A stretch of DNA of 64,000 nucleotides from Eledone cirrhosa (taxonomy: Eukaryota). Positions within the stretch are counted from its first letter, which is position 1. Every line of letters begins with the position of its first letter. The DNA is taken from NCBI GenBank assembly GCA_964016885.1, contig OZ024747.1, positions 89,218,001-89,282,000 on the forward strand, given 5' to 3'. A program made the position numbers and the translations under genes. Below, piece by piece: positions 1-13,162 of this stretch. Below the pieces are notes generated by a model that did not search any database, was not told where the DNA came from, and saw only the letters and a program-made list of their open reading frames with translations.

Positions 1-200
1 TGGGTTTGTGGCCAAAGTGACGAGGCTGGAGGTGGAGAATGAGTTGTTGCATGACACATCCCAAATTAGGGATTTTCCCACTTCGAAAGGGAAGAGGGTT
101 AATTAGTTGGGGTGCTTGCCATTACTGCCATCGAGGCTAGCTGGCTCCAATTGTGAAGGGAAACTGGCTGTTTTGAGGCTACTTCTGATGATGTCAGTTA
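1..200 (-). pseudogene. CRE-like non-LTR retrotransposon fragment, restriction-like endonuclease (RLE) domain; runs off the window start
   Basis: Minus-strand translation IIRSSLKTASFPSQLEPASLDGSNGKHPN*LTLFPFEVGKSLIWDVS resembles the CRE RLE pattern IIxRAL..IPS.LEP.GL...DGKRPDG.TL.PW..GK.L.WD; contains an in-frame stop. Confidence 0.7.
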
Positions 201-284
201 TAAAAAAACAATTGCCAGCTGTGTTTGTGGCATGGATTTCAAATAACGGTAATAACGGTAATAGTAGCAATGTTATACTGGCAG

Positions 285-497
285 TAATGATGATGATGAT
301 TATGGAAATAGTGGTGACAATAATGATGATGATGTTGTTGACTGTGTCAACGGTGATGACAATAATGATGATGATGATGATGATGACTGTGCCAATGGTG
401 GTGACAATAGTGATGATGTTGATGATGATGATGATGAGTGTGCCAATGATGATGATGATGATGATGATGACATTGATGTTGATTGTAATGCTGCTGA
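285..497. repeat. Degenerate (GAT)n trinucleotide repeat
   Basis: Interrupted gatgatgat runs; explains the poly-Met and poly-His ORFs. Confidence 0.9.
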
Positions 498-1304
498 TAT
501 CTCTGAAATTGTTTATTCCATGAATTCAAATTTGTCTTGGAACCATTCACACTATATCAAAACATCACGGTAGGAGATATTATTTGACACAAGCTATATT
601 TTTGTCATGGAATGAGACAATGTATTCAATTGAATTAAATTTTAGTATAATACATATGTTTATTTATTCAAAACTCATGACAAGAAAGTGTAAACACTGC
701 CCCAGAATGGCCCCAAAAGAAGTTGAACACCAAACTGAGAGCACCAAAATCAAATATTGGCAGGATTTGAACTCAGATCGTAAAGGGCCACAAAACATGT
801 CCGACACTCCATCGATACTGTCAATCCATTGCAGTCATGTATTTAACCCATTCATTACAATATTTCTATTGAAAGACACTGTCTATGATTTTCAATTAAT
901 TTTGAAAATAACCAAGAATTTGAAGGAGTTTAGTAATATAACTAACTTATTCAGTAACAACCCTTTCATTAACAGATCTCTAATGTAAGGCATTATCTAT
1001 GATTTTTAGTTTATTTATAAAATAATCAAACATTGGTAGGGTCTAGTAATAAGTAATATAACTAACTTTCTCATTATTAAGTTGGTATTTAGAACATAAC
1101 TTAAGGATACATATAAAAATGAGAAAACTCATCGCTAGAACAGCCATTAGTTTTTGGTTTGGTCATGTTACTCCTGATGGGTTGTATTGACATACAGTGT
1201 TTCTTGAGCATTTTAAAGCCTGACAGAGGCCACCCCCTCTCCAGGCTTGAGTATAGGAGATTTCTTCCAGGAAAAGATAGAAAGTGAGAAAGAGATATAG
1301 AAGA

Positions 1305-1466
1305 AGAATCGACCCCAGTACTAAACTGATACTTTTTTATCGACATCGAAAGGATGAAAGGCAAGGTTGACCTCAGCGGTATTTGAATTCAGAGAGCAGA
1401 GAGTCAACAGAAATACTATAAAGCATTCTATCTGACATTCTAACATCTCTGCTAATTCGCCACCTT
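1305..1466 (-). mobile_element. tRNA-derived SINE, family A (diverged copy)
   Basis: Reverse complement contains a B-box-like gaattcaaat followed by the family core caaccttgcctttcatcctttcgatgtcgataaaa. Confidence 0.75.
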
Positions 1467-2229
1467 AGAACAGATGTTAAAAGAGCTAAGTGCTGTCAAA
1501 GATAGCGATGGGTAAAAATGCCTCAGAGGACAGAGACCAGTGGCCAGTGGCCAACAGAGAAACAATCCACAAGGTAGGTGACAAGTAGATGAAATAATTC
1601 AGTTCCAAGTCATACTATCTATTCGATAGAGCCTCACTATCAATTCAACAAATCACCCAATAGATAGTTTCTTATCTGACACTGGAATTATATTAATTTG
1701 GTTTTAGAATTGGAAATATCTCTCAATGGATTCCCTGAAACCATACACATGAAAGGGTATGTAAAAAAATGGTTGCTGATACATCCATTCTTTCCTTATG
1801 GTTGCTAACAACAGTCACATGGGTGAAGGAAAGAAGAGAAAGTAAAGAACTATTTGAAACTGGGTCAAGAATTGAACTCAACATGAACTTATTACCAATA
1901 TCATGGTAATTGCCACATGATTTTGAATTAAAATGGGTAAAAGTTTTGGCAGCTAAATTTCTAAGGTGATTTGCTATTTAATAGGAAATTGTCCCATAAA
2001 TTGGTTTTGCTGGTTTCCTATTAAATATTGATTTTTTTTTTCAATTTGCTATAAAAAAAAAACCCTTATTGGAAATAGATGGAGGAGGAGAGGAAAAGAA
2101 GGAGAGGAGGAGGTAAAGAAGAGAAGAAGGCAGAAGAAGAGGAGGAGGGAGAAGGGTGGAGGGAAAGTATGGTCAATTTACTTTAACTCAGTATAATACT
2201 GGTGCTTATTTTATCAATATCAGTAGACT

Positions 2230-2289
2230 GGAGAGAGAGAGAGAGAGAGAGTGAGGTAGAGAGATAGACAGATGGAACTAAACAGTGTA

Positions 2290-2346
<57 letters not shown>

Positions 2347-2407
2347 CAGTGAAACAGAGAGAGAAAGAGAGAAGTAGAGAGATAGACAGATGGAACTAAA
2401 CAGTGTA

Positions 2408-2443
<36 letters not shown>

Positions 2444-2454
2444 AGAGAGAGAGG

Positions 2455-2494
<40 letters not shown>

Positions 2495-2625
2495 CAGATG
2501 GAACTAAACAGTGTATGTGTGAGAGAGAGAGAGAGAGAGAGAGACTGAGAGAGAGAGGTAGACAGTGAGGTAGACAGTGAGAGAGAGAGAGAGAGAGAGA
2601 TAGACAGATGGAACTAAACAGTGTA

Positions 2626-2659
<34 letters not shown>

Positions 2660-2670
2660 AGAGAGAGAGG

Positions 2671-2702
<32 letters not shown>

Positions 2703-2835
2703 TAGACAGATGGAACTAAACAGTGTATGTGTGAGAGAGAGAGAGAGAGAGAGACTGAGAGAGAGAGGTAGACAGTGAGGTAGACAGTGAGAGAGAGAGA
2801 GAGAGAGAGATAGACAGATGGAACTAAACAGTGTA

Positions 2836-2866
<31 letters not shown>

Positions 2867-2932
2867 CTGAGAGAGAGAGGTAGACAGTGAGAGAGAGAGA
2901 GAGAGAGAGATAGACAGATGGAACTAAACAGT
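2230..2932. repeat. Compound minisatellite: (AG)n interleaved with gatagacagatggaactaaacagtgtatgtgt and ggtagacagt
   Basis: About 7 copies of the constant spacer separated by variable-length AG tracts. Confidence 0.9.
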
Positions 2933-3031
2933 CTACCATCCCAGACATCTTCACCAACCTCACAACTGAAATATTGGAATAATTTTTAAAAACTATTATT
3001 CTTTTATTCTCTATTACTCTCTATCTTTTTA

Positions 3032-3087
3032 ACACACACACACACATACATATATATGTATATATATACATATATATATACACACGT

Positions 3088-3136
<49 letters not shown>

Positions 3137-3320
3137 TATATACGTATATATGTATATGTATGTATATATATACATATACACATATATATATGTATATATA
3201 TATACATATATACATGTATATACATATACATATATATATATGAATATGTATATATATACATATATATACATGTATATATATATGTATATAAATATATATA
3301 TATACATATATATATATATG

Positions 3321-3385
<65 letters not shown>

Positions 3386-3610
3386 GTATACATATATATA
3401 TATATGTATACATATATATAATTGTAGAACACTGGTGGGTTATATCCATGGTACTTCTATGTATATATGTATATACGTATATATACACACATATATATAT
3501 ATATACATATATATATTTATATATATATATATGTATGTATATATATATATGTATGTAAAATGATGATGATGAATGATGATACACACACATATATATATAT
3601 ATATATTATT
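3032..3610. repeat. (TA)n/(CA)n compound microsatellite
   Basis: Directly visible; source of the YIYI ORFs. Confidence 0.95.
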
Positions 3611-4772
3611 TATATTTTTAATATAATGAATGAGTTTGTATTATTCTTTCTCCTTCATTGATTGAAAATACTTGCTTTGCAGAAAGATTCTGAAGGAAAT
3701 ATGGTTTACAACATATTTCGCCCCCTACACATCTCTCCTCCTCATCCCCACTCACGCTCTTAACACAAATCAAATTCTCAATTTAAAAGAAAATTATTCA
3801 TTATGATATGATTTTAATTTTTGTTTCTACTTTTATGTTGACAATCTAGAAAGCCAGGAGCTCTATGAAGAGAGTGAGTTAGCAACAATTCCATTATTCA
3901 TATCTGCATTTTATTTTGTATAGAATTTCTCTTTGATTTTTTGGGGGGGATTTTTTTTTTTTTTTCATTTTAATTTACGAAATTTTATTTTCCTCTTGAT
4001 CTAATAAAAAGAAATCTGTGCTCTTATTTCACTGTTATTTAAATTCAAGAAGAAATTGTAAATTGTCCATACATCAAGTAACTGAGCTAGCAACCAATAT
4101 GCTATAAAATCTTGATTTTTACAAAATAATACTATTAGGTTTAGTTTCCTAGTAAATATTTATAATACCAAATAAGGACATTTTCATAGTTTAAAAAAAA
4201 TTATTCTCTGCTATATTGAATTCTTATAATTCATTTCTTTGTAATCCAATCCACACAGAGCTAAGGTGCAGAGTGTCTAACATAGTGATAAGAAGACATA
4301 GAGGGTGGTGAGCTGTTGTGTTTTGGGGGGTGAGTGAGGTGGGGAAGGAAGCTAGCTTGACCAGTGGTCTTTTGCTATAGATTATAACATGTTATCTGCC
4401 CTTGAGATGTATCCAGTAAAGGGTCATTAGAAAAATGTTCTAAGCCTTGTGGCTAATTAGGCTATAGCTTATTTCAGTTCCCTTGGTGTTAAGTAACTGG
4501 GACTAAAAACTCTCCTTTAGCTCTTTAGCCTTTACATTACTCTGTATATACTATTGTATTTTTGCAGTAAAGGCTTTACCTCACATAATATCAAATCTAA
4601 ACATACTAGAAATAGCTGCCAAATTTCCTTAAATCACACAAATTAATGTAGTCATTTAAGTTGCTAGAAATAGTAACCAAATCTCCCTATATTCATAAGG
4701 CCACCACTCTAATCACCAGGCCATCTTCTTGTAGTGCACCTGAGCACTGTACACAATAATTTCATTATTATT

Positions 4773-4970
4773 GGTGGATTGGCAGTATCGGTAGAGGGTC
4801 AGACGCCATGCTTTGGTGCATAGAGTTATGGCCCTTGCCATTCTGAGTTCAAATCCTGCCGAGGTTAACTTTGCCTTTCATCCTTACGTGGTCGATAAAA
4901 TAAAGTACGAGTAATGTACTGGGATAATTGCTGGCCTTGTGCCAAAAGTAGAAATAATAATAATAATAAT
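4773..4970 (+). mobile_element. tRNA-derived SINE family A, near full length. Other copies ~7395-7530, 7532-7740, 13445-13597, 27170-27385(-), 28272-28378(-), 30247-30360, 31880-32085(-), 38080-38265, 38267-38452, 46080-46280, 49295-49410, 62128-62302
   Basis: A-box-like tggcagtatcgg, B-box gagttcaaatcc, core actttgcctttcatcctt..ggtcgataaaataaagtaccag (recalled as resembling the Meta/MESC SINE core; not searched) and a simple-repeat tail; more than 12 copies in the window. Confidence 0.85.
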
Positions 4971-4971
4971 A

Positions 4972-7260
4972 ATTATTATTATTATTATTTGCATTTATCT
5001 TGCTTTATGTTTATACGAGTTATCACCAAGTCACAACCAGTGACCTCAAGAGACAACAAGGTCCGCCATGTTCAAGAAAGAACACACATATTCACACATG
5101 CATCCTTAGTGTTTAGACTTGTGATGTACTTATATTGACAGGATCTTCCTTAGTATATGGGCAGTTCCCATTAGTACTATCTTTTGTATTTCTCCTATAC
5201 GCGGGTTTCCTGGGATTTGCGATAAGTAGTCGTTAGACCCCTTAGGTATCATTCCCAGAGCGCCTACAACCACTGGTATTGTTTTAGTTCTCAATTTCCA
5301 CATTTTTCCAATTTCTATCTCCAGGTCCTTATACTTGCTCAATTTTTCAAATGTTTTTATAGATACATTCTTGTCTATTGGAACAGACATATCAATTAGC
5401 AGGCATACCCTCCTTTGAAAGTCCTTCAATATTATATCAGGTCTATTTGCATCTATTTTTCGGTCTGTTTGGATGCTAAAGTTCCACAAGATTGAGATGT
5501 GATCTTTTTCAAGTATGGGAGGTGGTTGATGCTCCCACCAATTCTTTTGATGGGGCAGGTCAAAATGCTTACACATTATCCAATGTATGTATTGTGCAGC
5601 TCTGTCATGCCTGTTTAGGTATTCGGTTGGAGCTATAGGACTGCACATTGAAATTATATGGTCAATGGTCTCTGGTTGTTTTTTGCATACACGGCATAAT
5701 GGGCTGCACCCATTTTTTATTATGTTGGCTTGGTAATTTTTTGTTGGCAGACACTGATCTTGTGCGGAGATAATCAGTCCTTCAGTCTCCGATTTCAGTC
5801 CAGAGGATGCCAACCACTGATGGGTTAAAGTTTTGTCAACATCAGGATTGTTAGCTCGCTCTGGGTATTTTCCATACAGAGGTTTTTCTTGCCATTTCTT
5901 AGCCAGTTTCTGTAGCAGTTCTTTCTTTGCAGTTACTTTTACCTGCTTTGCTTTTTCTGTGTTTTCCATTTCAGCAGTAAATGGGACTTCTGAAATTTGT
6001 AGTCCATTACTGTATCTTTGTGCATCTTTTGTAATGGAATATGATCTTTTGGTGCTTTCGTGTTTCAAAACGAGTTTGATCATCCAATCATGTGATTCCC
6101 TTAGATATGTGGATAATCCAATTGTTGCAGTTTTCAACGCAATGTCTAACTGGATTAACCCACGTCCTCCTTCTTTCCTAGGGAGATATATTCTATCTAT
6201 GTCTGCCTTAGGGTGATGCATTCTGTGCATGGTTAAGAATTTTCGGATTTTTGTATCGAGCCTACGGATCTCTGTGCTTGACCAGTTGATGACATTGTAA
6301 CTGTAGGTTACTACTGGTATGGCAAGCGTGTTTATGGCATCGATCCTATTCCTTGCATTCAATTCCGTTCTTAAGATTGCTCTGACTCTGCGGTAACATT
6401 CCTTCCTTATCCTTTCCCTCATTGTCGAGTGCTTGATTCCGTCTCCTTCACAAACACCTAGATATTTGTAAGTTTGTTCTTGATCAAGCTCTCTTATCAC
6501 GTTCCCCCGATCAAGATTAATGTCTGAACTCTTCAGCAGCTTTCCTCTGGTGAACGTTGCTTTGGCGCATTTATCCAGTCCAAACTCCATTTTAATGTCA
6601 TCACTGAACTGCTTCACAGTGGATAATAGCCCTTGCAATTGTTCATCATTTTTTGCGAATAGTTTCAGGTCATCCATGTAGAACAGGTGATTAATGGTTT
6701 TGTCATAGACTCTATATCCATGTTTTGTTTCACTATTCAAAAGGAGTGTCGTTCTCCATGTCCTCATACTGAATGACAAAAACCTCCTGACAACGGGGGA
6801 TATTTTGAAAATCTCTAAACATTTTTCAATCCAACTGTGTGGCAAACTATCAAATGCTTTTTTATAATCTATCCAAGCAATCGATAGATTTTTGTGTCTA
6901 TTATGACAATCTTCCAGTATCATTTTGTTAACCAGAAGCTGATCCTTACAGCCATATGAGCCTCGTTTACACCCTTTCTGCTCAATGGGAAATAGGTCAT
7001 TTGTTATCAGGTGGTCATATGTGTATTCAGTTAGGACTGATGTTAAAATTTTATACATTGTGGTCAAGCAGGTTATCGGTCTGTAATTTTTGGGATTGTT
7101 TGTCTCATCATTCTTCGGTAGCAGGAATGTAATGCCGTTAACTAGCCATGATGGTATCTTTTCTGGCTCCTTAACTATTTCATTGTAAAGTTGGGCCAAC
7201 AGCTCATGAGACTCTGTGAAGGCATTTATCCAAAAGTTTTGTATTTTGTCTTTTCAGGCT
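4972..7260 (-). mobile_element. R4/Dong-clade RLE non-LTR retrotransposon, 5'-truncated, with (TAA)n tail
   Basis: RT plus CCHC plus RLE ORF, a ~140-nt 3' UTR, then (TAA)n; ends in the TAA/TTA tail of a SINE. Confidence 0.85.
5130..7253 (-). pseudogene. Reverse transcriptase / zinc knuckle / restriction-like endonuclease of the R4/Dong element; frame open but RT internally deleted
   Basis: NYRPITCL, WIDYKKAFDS, HLFYMDDLKL, YKYLG, CRVC..ETIDHIISMC, RHD, RPDII, LLIDMSVP, KLSKY present; the QGDSLSP motif is missing. Confidence 0.9.
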
Positions 7261-8234
7261 GGATATATTCCAGCATACAAGTTCGGAAGATTCTTCAGTT
7301 CAAATTCATATAAATCCATACAAGATGTCGTCTTCTTCTATATGTTTCAATTGGTTTTGAAAATAATCATGTATTTGGAAGGATTTAGGAATATAAATAA
7401 CTTTGGCATTCATCCTTATAGGATTGATAAAATAAAGTACCAGTGACAAACTTGGTGATTTAATTGACCCCTGCCACCACAAAAAAAAAAAAAAAAAGAA
7501 CTGGCTTTGTGCCTGAAGTAGAAATCATTAAGGATTGGCTGTATCGGTAGAATGGCAGACACCATGCTTTGCAGCATAGAGTTGCGGCCCTTTATGTTCT
7601 GAGTTTAAATCCTGTCGAGGTTAACTTTGCCTTTCATCCTTACAGGTTTGATAAAATAAAGTACCAGTTTGATTTAATTGACTCTTCCCCAACCAAAAAG
7701 AAATGACTGGCCTTGTGCTTAACATAGAATTCATTATTAAGATAGTCTTTGGAACTTAAAGTTTTTACTTAAAATTATGAGGGAAGGGTTTTAAACACTT
7801 TAAAATAAACGGCTTTGTATCAGTTTAATATCAAAAGGATAAGAAAAGCTTTAGTACTTGAGTGTATTTTACTCTTTACCGGATTTACCATTGTGCTTGG
7901 GTGTGCTTAAGCACAAGTCCTTATTAGCCCCATCTTCCTGCCAAAAAATGTTTACCTCCTTCAGGGCCCAAGTAAGGGGCCTCATAACTTAACTAGCACA
8001 GGGCCTCATTTTTCTTAAATCTGGCACTGTATTTACCCAATAGCATTTTGGCCATCTTATATATAGGTACAGCACCAATTTTGTGGTACCTTTTATTCCA
8101 GACCCATGCCAAATGATCTGTTTTGCCATACTAACAGATGTCATTTAAACTTTTGTTAGTAACGTTTTTGCTACCAAACCTTTAAAATATACTTTTTTTT
8201 TATTCCCTAAAAACACATTATGAAGGCTTGAAGA

Positions 8235-8455
8235 CATGAGGTTAAGTTGTCATACTGCTTATCTCACAATTGTAAGATCATCAATTTAATCTCTTGCAGT
8301 ATGTTGTGACAAGACACTTTATTTCATGCTGCTCCAATCCATTGAACTGGCAAAAGTCAGTTGTACCACAGTAATTCAAAGTGCTAACCAGCCTTGTTAC
8401 ATACTATGTCACTCTGAATCTCCCTGAGAATTACGTTAAGATTACGTGTCATTGG
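8235..8455 (+). mobile_element. tRNA-derived CORE-like SINE family B. Other copies 10388-10530(-), 39160-39390(-), 39630-40170, 51855-52240, 61575-61680(-), 63190-63495
   Basis: Shared core caagacactttatttcac.ttgctccagt..actcagctg..aaatgag downstream of a tRNA-like head. Confidence 0.75.
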
Positions 8456-8605
8456 AACCAATCAAGGTAGAATTACTTTCTCTCTAAAGGGTAATTAACT
8501 GCACTATATTTTAATTAACTAATGAAGAAATTTGAGAGATTCACTAAAATTATTAATTATTTCATTCCTTTGACTAGTAACTTAATGTAAGATTCTTATA
8601 TAAAA

Positions 8606-9076
8606 CTAGCAGAAAAACCACCCTTTGGGTGGTTTTCTGCTAACATGTGTAGTGTGCATATTGATATTATACACAAGTATATATGCATTTAGATATGATA
8701 CATCAAATAAAATCGTAATTGACAATATCCACAGAAATTGAACGAAGACTGCGTTACACTGACTTGTGTAATCAGTAATGTAATTTATGATACATTAAAA
8801 AAACACGATATTATATATAAACTACATTAGGAGAAAATTAGTGCCCGAAATATATGAATGTTTATTTAAGCGATCGCTAACCGGAAGTGTTGACATTTGA
8901 AAATTTTAAAGAAGTGAATCTTTAAATAAACAATAAAATATATTTAATCAACAGCTACGGAATTTAGTAGATACATTATGTAATATTCATTCATTATTTA
9001 TTCAAAGTAATCCAACTTATTTTACTAATTATAAACCGTACTCAACCCCGCGCTCTTTACTTTATTATAGTTTAGA
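8606..9076 (-). mobile_element. Non-autonomous Helitron A
   Basis: Minus strand starts TC (tctaaactataataaa) and ends with the hairpin agcagaaaaccaccc-aaa-gggtggtttttctgct running into a terminal CTAG, followed by T. Confidence 0.75.
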
Positions 9077-9692
9077 CTAGCAGAATGGCTCGGCGTTGCT
9101 CGGGATTTGCTCTAGGGTTCTTATATATTTGATATATATTTATCCTTATCGAGCCTCGTGAAATAAATACGTTTGTTTATATTTTGTTATTGTGTATGCA
9201 AAAATATCTGTACACGAATATATAGTTATATATATATATATATATAGTTATGTAATAAACAACATAAGGCAATTATTTCATTTACCAGTGGTTTCTTAAA
9301 AGCAAAAAAATTTTGCTTTCAATCATCAGAATGAAAAAATCCTGGTGTATTTATTGGCGTTGGATTTTAAAAACAAAAATATAATCTATATGAAAGTGAG
9401 GCTGGAAAAGGAAGAAGGAAAGGAAAAATAAAAAAAATATAAAAACATACATGCAAACACACACACACACACACAATTATATACATACACACATATATAT
9501 ATACATACACACATACATACACACACACATATACACACACACACATATATGTGTATATATATACATACACATACATACAAATACACAAACGTGCATACAC
9601 ACACACACACACACATATACGTGCATATCTCTCTATATATATATACATAAACATATATATACACATACATACATACACATACATATATATAT

Positions 9693-9735
<43 letters not shown>

Positions 9736-10182
9736 CATACGTATACATATACATACATATATACATACGCATACATATACATACATATATACATACACAT
9801 ACATACATACACACAATCATACGTATATACACACGTACATACATACACATACATACACACATATATACACGCATACATACGCATGCACAAATATAGAAAT
9901 ATATACACACACCTACATACTCACACACACAAATAAATATAATAAAAAATAATAAAAGCATAAAAATGAATATAAAGATTATTATAGTGTTAACAGCGAT
10001 ACAGGCAACACATAAATGAACAAACACACGTGGTAAGCAATACACACAAATGCACGTACACATACATACGTAAAAATAAATACATACACACACTCTCACA
10101 CATACACATACATATACATAAACACATACATACGCATACACATATACATAGACATACACACACACATATACATATATATATA

Positions 10183-10530
10183 TCATCATCATCATCATCA
10201 TCATTTCATTTTACGTCCACTTTTCCCTGCTTGCAAGGGTGGGACGGTAACTGATTCTGGCTTGATTTCTACAGCTGGATGCCCTTCCTAACACCAACCT
10301 CATTTACAGTGAGTGCTGGGTGCTTTTTTGCCGTGGCACCTCCACGACCACTTTGCAGTGGAATGATAGGGACCCCAGTCCCTATCATCTCATTTCTACA
10401 GCTGAGTAAACTGGAGCAATGTGAAATAAAGTGTCTTGCTCAAGGAAACAACACATCACCCGGTCTGAGAATTGAACTCACAACCTTTCGATTGCAAGGC
10501 CAATGCTCTAACCACTAAGCCATGTGCCTC
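10183..10530 (-). mobile_element. Chimeric retroposon: SINE-B tRNA head and core fused to an RTE 3' UTR with (GAT)n tail
   Basis: 10388-10530 matches SINE B; 10183-10360 matches the RTE 3' UTRs at 43160-43310 and 26618-26668. Confidence 0.8.
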
Positions 10531-10840
10531 TATACATATATATACATACATACATATACATACATATCACAAACACATACATACAAATTCAAACACACAC
10601 ATACATATGTGTGTAAAACTCATTCTTAGATAATTCATATGAACCTTGTTTAACTCTAAAATATATATATATATATACACACATATATACATATACATAT
10701 ACATATATATATATATACATACATATACCCACACACACATATACATACACATACGTATGCATACATACACACACACACACATATAATTATATATATATGA
10801 GAAAGAACATAAATATATATATAAAAAAACCTAAATATTA

Positions 10841-11020
10841 TAAAAATAAAAATAAAAATAAAAATAAAAATAAAAATAAAAATAAAAATAAAAATAAAAA
10901 TAAAAATAAAAATAAAAATAAAAATAAAAATAAAAATAAAAATAAAAATAAAAATAAAAATAAAAATAAAAATAAAAATAAAAATAAAAATAAAAATAAA
11001 AATAAAAATGAAAATAAAAA
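10841..11020. repeat. (AAAAAT)n hexanucleotide array, ~29 units
   Basis: Nearly pure array; explains the KNKN and FIFI ORFs. Confidence 0.95.
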
Positions 11021-11566
11021 GTTGGGAATACGACAAATAATAAATAAAAAAAATATATTTAGAAAAGGGTATATGTGTGTGTGTGTTGTGTGTGTATGCA
11101 CGTTTGTGTATTTGTATGTATGTGTATGTATGGATATGTTGATATTTATGTGTGTATGTATGTATGTGTATATGTATGTGTATGTATATATATACACATA
11201 TATATACGTGTGTGTGTGTGTATGTGTGTGTGTATGTATGTGTGTATGTATATATATATGTGTATGTATATAATTGTGTGTGTGTGTGTGTTTGCATGTG
11301 TGTTTTTATATTTTTTTAATATTTTTCCTTTCCTGCTTCCTTTTCCAGCCTCACTTTCATATAGATTATATTTTTGTTTTTAAAATCCAACGCCAATAAA
11401 TACACCAGGATTTTTTTCATTCTGATGATTGAAAGCAAATTTTTTTGCTTTTAAGAAACCACTGGTAAATGAAATAATTGCCTTATGTTGTTTATTACAT
11501 AACTATTAAGCTCTGTTACCTACATAGAGCACTCTTTTTCCCTGGACTTTTCCGACGGAATTACTT

Positions 11567-11700
<134 letters not shown>

Positions 11701-12158
11701 TAACAGATTAAAGTTTAGGCAAAGAATCGCTGCTTTCACCCTTAACGGGATCTTCTGAAACTAAAAAATCAATCTGTGAACGCAGAAGTAAATATTTTGA
11801 AAAAAGTTACACACTATATATATATACATATATACACACTATATATATACATATATACATACACACACACATATAGCGTCATATTGTCGTAATGCAGACA
11901 GCCAGACATACAGACAGATATTATAAAGGCGCAACGTTGTAGTTATGTATCTATCTAAAAAGAAAGACTAAGAATTATAGCGAGATCGCTAAATTGCCTA
12001 ATGCGGTCCCTGGGGCATTGAAAATTTGAAATTCTTTTTGCTCAAAACTCTCACACGACCATAAGTATTACACGTGTAAAGTTTGACAAAAATCGGCTGA
12101 GTGGTTCTCGAGTTTTAGGTAGACAGACAGACATTCTCTGTTTTAGATATATAGATTA

Positions 12159-13061
12159 CTAGCAGTAAAGCCCGGCGTTGCTCGGGGTCGCTCAGTAGCT
12201 GTGTTAAAGTTACAATGTTAAGTTTCTTTCTTGGCTTAAAAACTGTAGTGTCTACTGTGCAGACTTGCATGTGGTGTTTTTGATTAATATTCCCTCAACC
12301 AACAATATGCCTTATGAAGTTAAGAAAACATAACGATAACCCGAATGTTATAACAAAAGAGGATGCTGGGGATAGAAACTGCACTGGTTATTTATTAACA
12401 AAGATCGAAAATGTAAACACTGCAACGCAGAGAAAAACATTAGCGTAACCAAATTATCAGTTATGTCTGTCTGCACGCCTATATCACCTCTCTGCACGAC
12501 TGTCTGTCTGCGCGCCTATATCACCTCTCTGCACGCCTATATCACCTCTCTGCACGACTGTCTGTCTGCACGCCTATATCACCTCTCTGCACGCGTATAT
12601 CACCTCTCTGCACGACTGTCTGTCTGCACGCCTAACGACGAAATATTTGCTTGTTTTACGTAGTCTTTAAATAGACTTGTTTTCAAGTAAAAATATTGTT
12701 TTAAAATGCTTTTAAATGGAAATGAAGCAAAACGGAAGCTTAGTGTTCGAACTGATGAATTTTGCAGGTCAATATTTTGCTGGCTCGACAACTGTTAAAG
12801 CCAGCGTAATTTTTTACGTAAGACGCTCAATGTAAACAGAACAAAGGGAAATAACTGATAACTTACGCTCAAAAATCGATACATTATATCGATTTCGTCA
12901 CATAGGGTGGGTCAATTTGAAATATTTTTTTTTCCGATGTCTTCGCTAGGGCTCAATGTACAAGTATAGCAATTTCGGTGCAATTCCGTGAGAGATTCTA
13001 AGAGGAGATGTGTGCCAAAAATCGATAGACAGACAGACAACCACAGTTTTATATATATAGA
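12159..13061 (-). mobile_element. Non-autonomous Helitron C
   Basis: 5' A|TCTATATATATAAAA followed by (TGTC)n; 3' hairpin cccgagcaacgccggg then ctttactgCTAG|T. Confidence 0.85.
12464..12632. repeat. Minisatellite inside Helitron C (tctgcacgcctatatcacctc and tctgcacgactgtctg units)
   Basis: Tandem alternating subunits visible directly. Confidence 0.9.
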
Positions 13062-13162
13062 TGTCAGAACATTTTTATTTAAATTGGAAAGCTTTAAAAT
13101 TGGTAATTTTATTTCATAGAACCAGAGTTGTTTTTTTGCCAGGTTAGTAACTAAAGGGTTAA

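Larger units (their letters stand above)
9244..11506. repeat. Long inverted repeat (arms ~9244-9620 and ~11069-11506) inside Helitron B
   Basis: About 200 bp of non-repetitive sequence (atagttatgtaataaacaacataaggc...ggaaaggaaaaat) plus the adjacent CA/TA microsatellite recur as a near-perfect reverse complement. Confidence 0.92.

Noticed and set aside
2220-3661. Long ORFs rich in SL, YI, CV or HT dipeptides here and at 9367-11383, 21383-24794, 29226-31323, 49687-50904, 56312-57790
   Set aside because: Translations of dinucleotide microsatellites, which lack stop codons by construction.
4773-4870. tRNA genes at A/B-box motifs
   Set aside because: No cloverleaf, and each continues into a shared SINE core and tail.
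7216-7446. Possible exon after ttttgtcttttcag at 7257
   Set aside because: The apparent acceptor is the antisense of the LINE end; no convincing donor or protein similarity.
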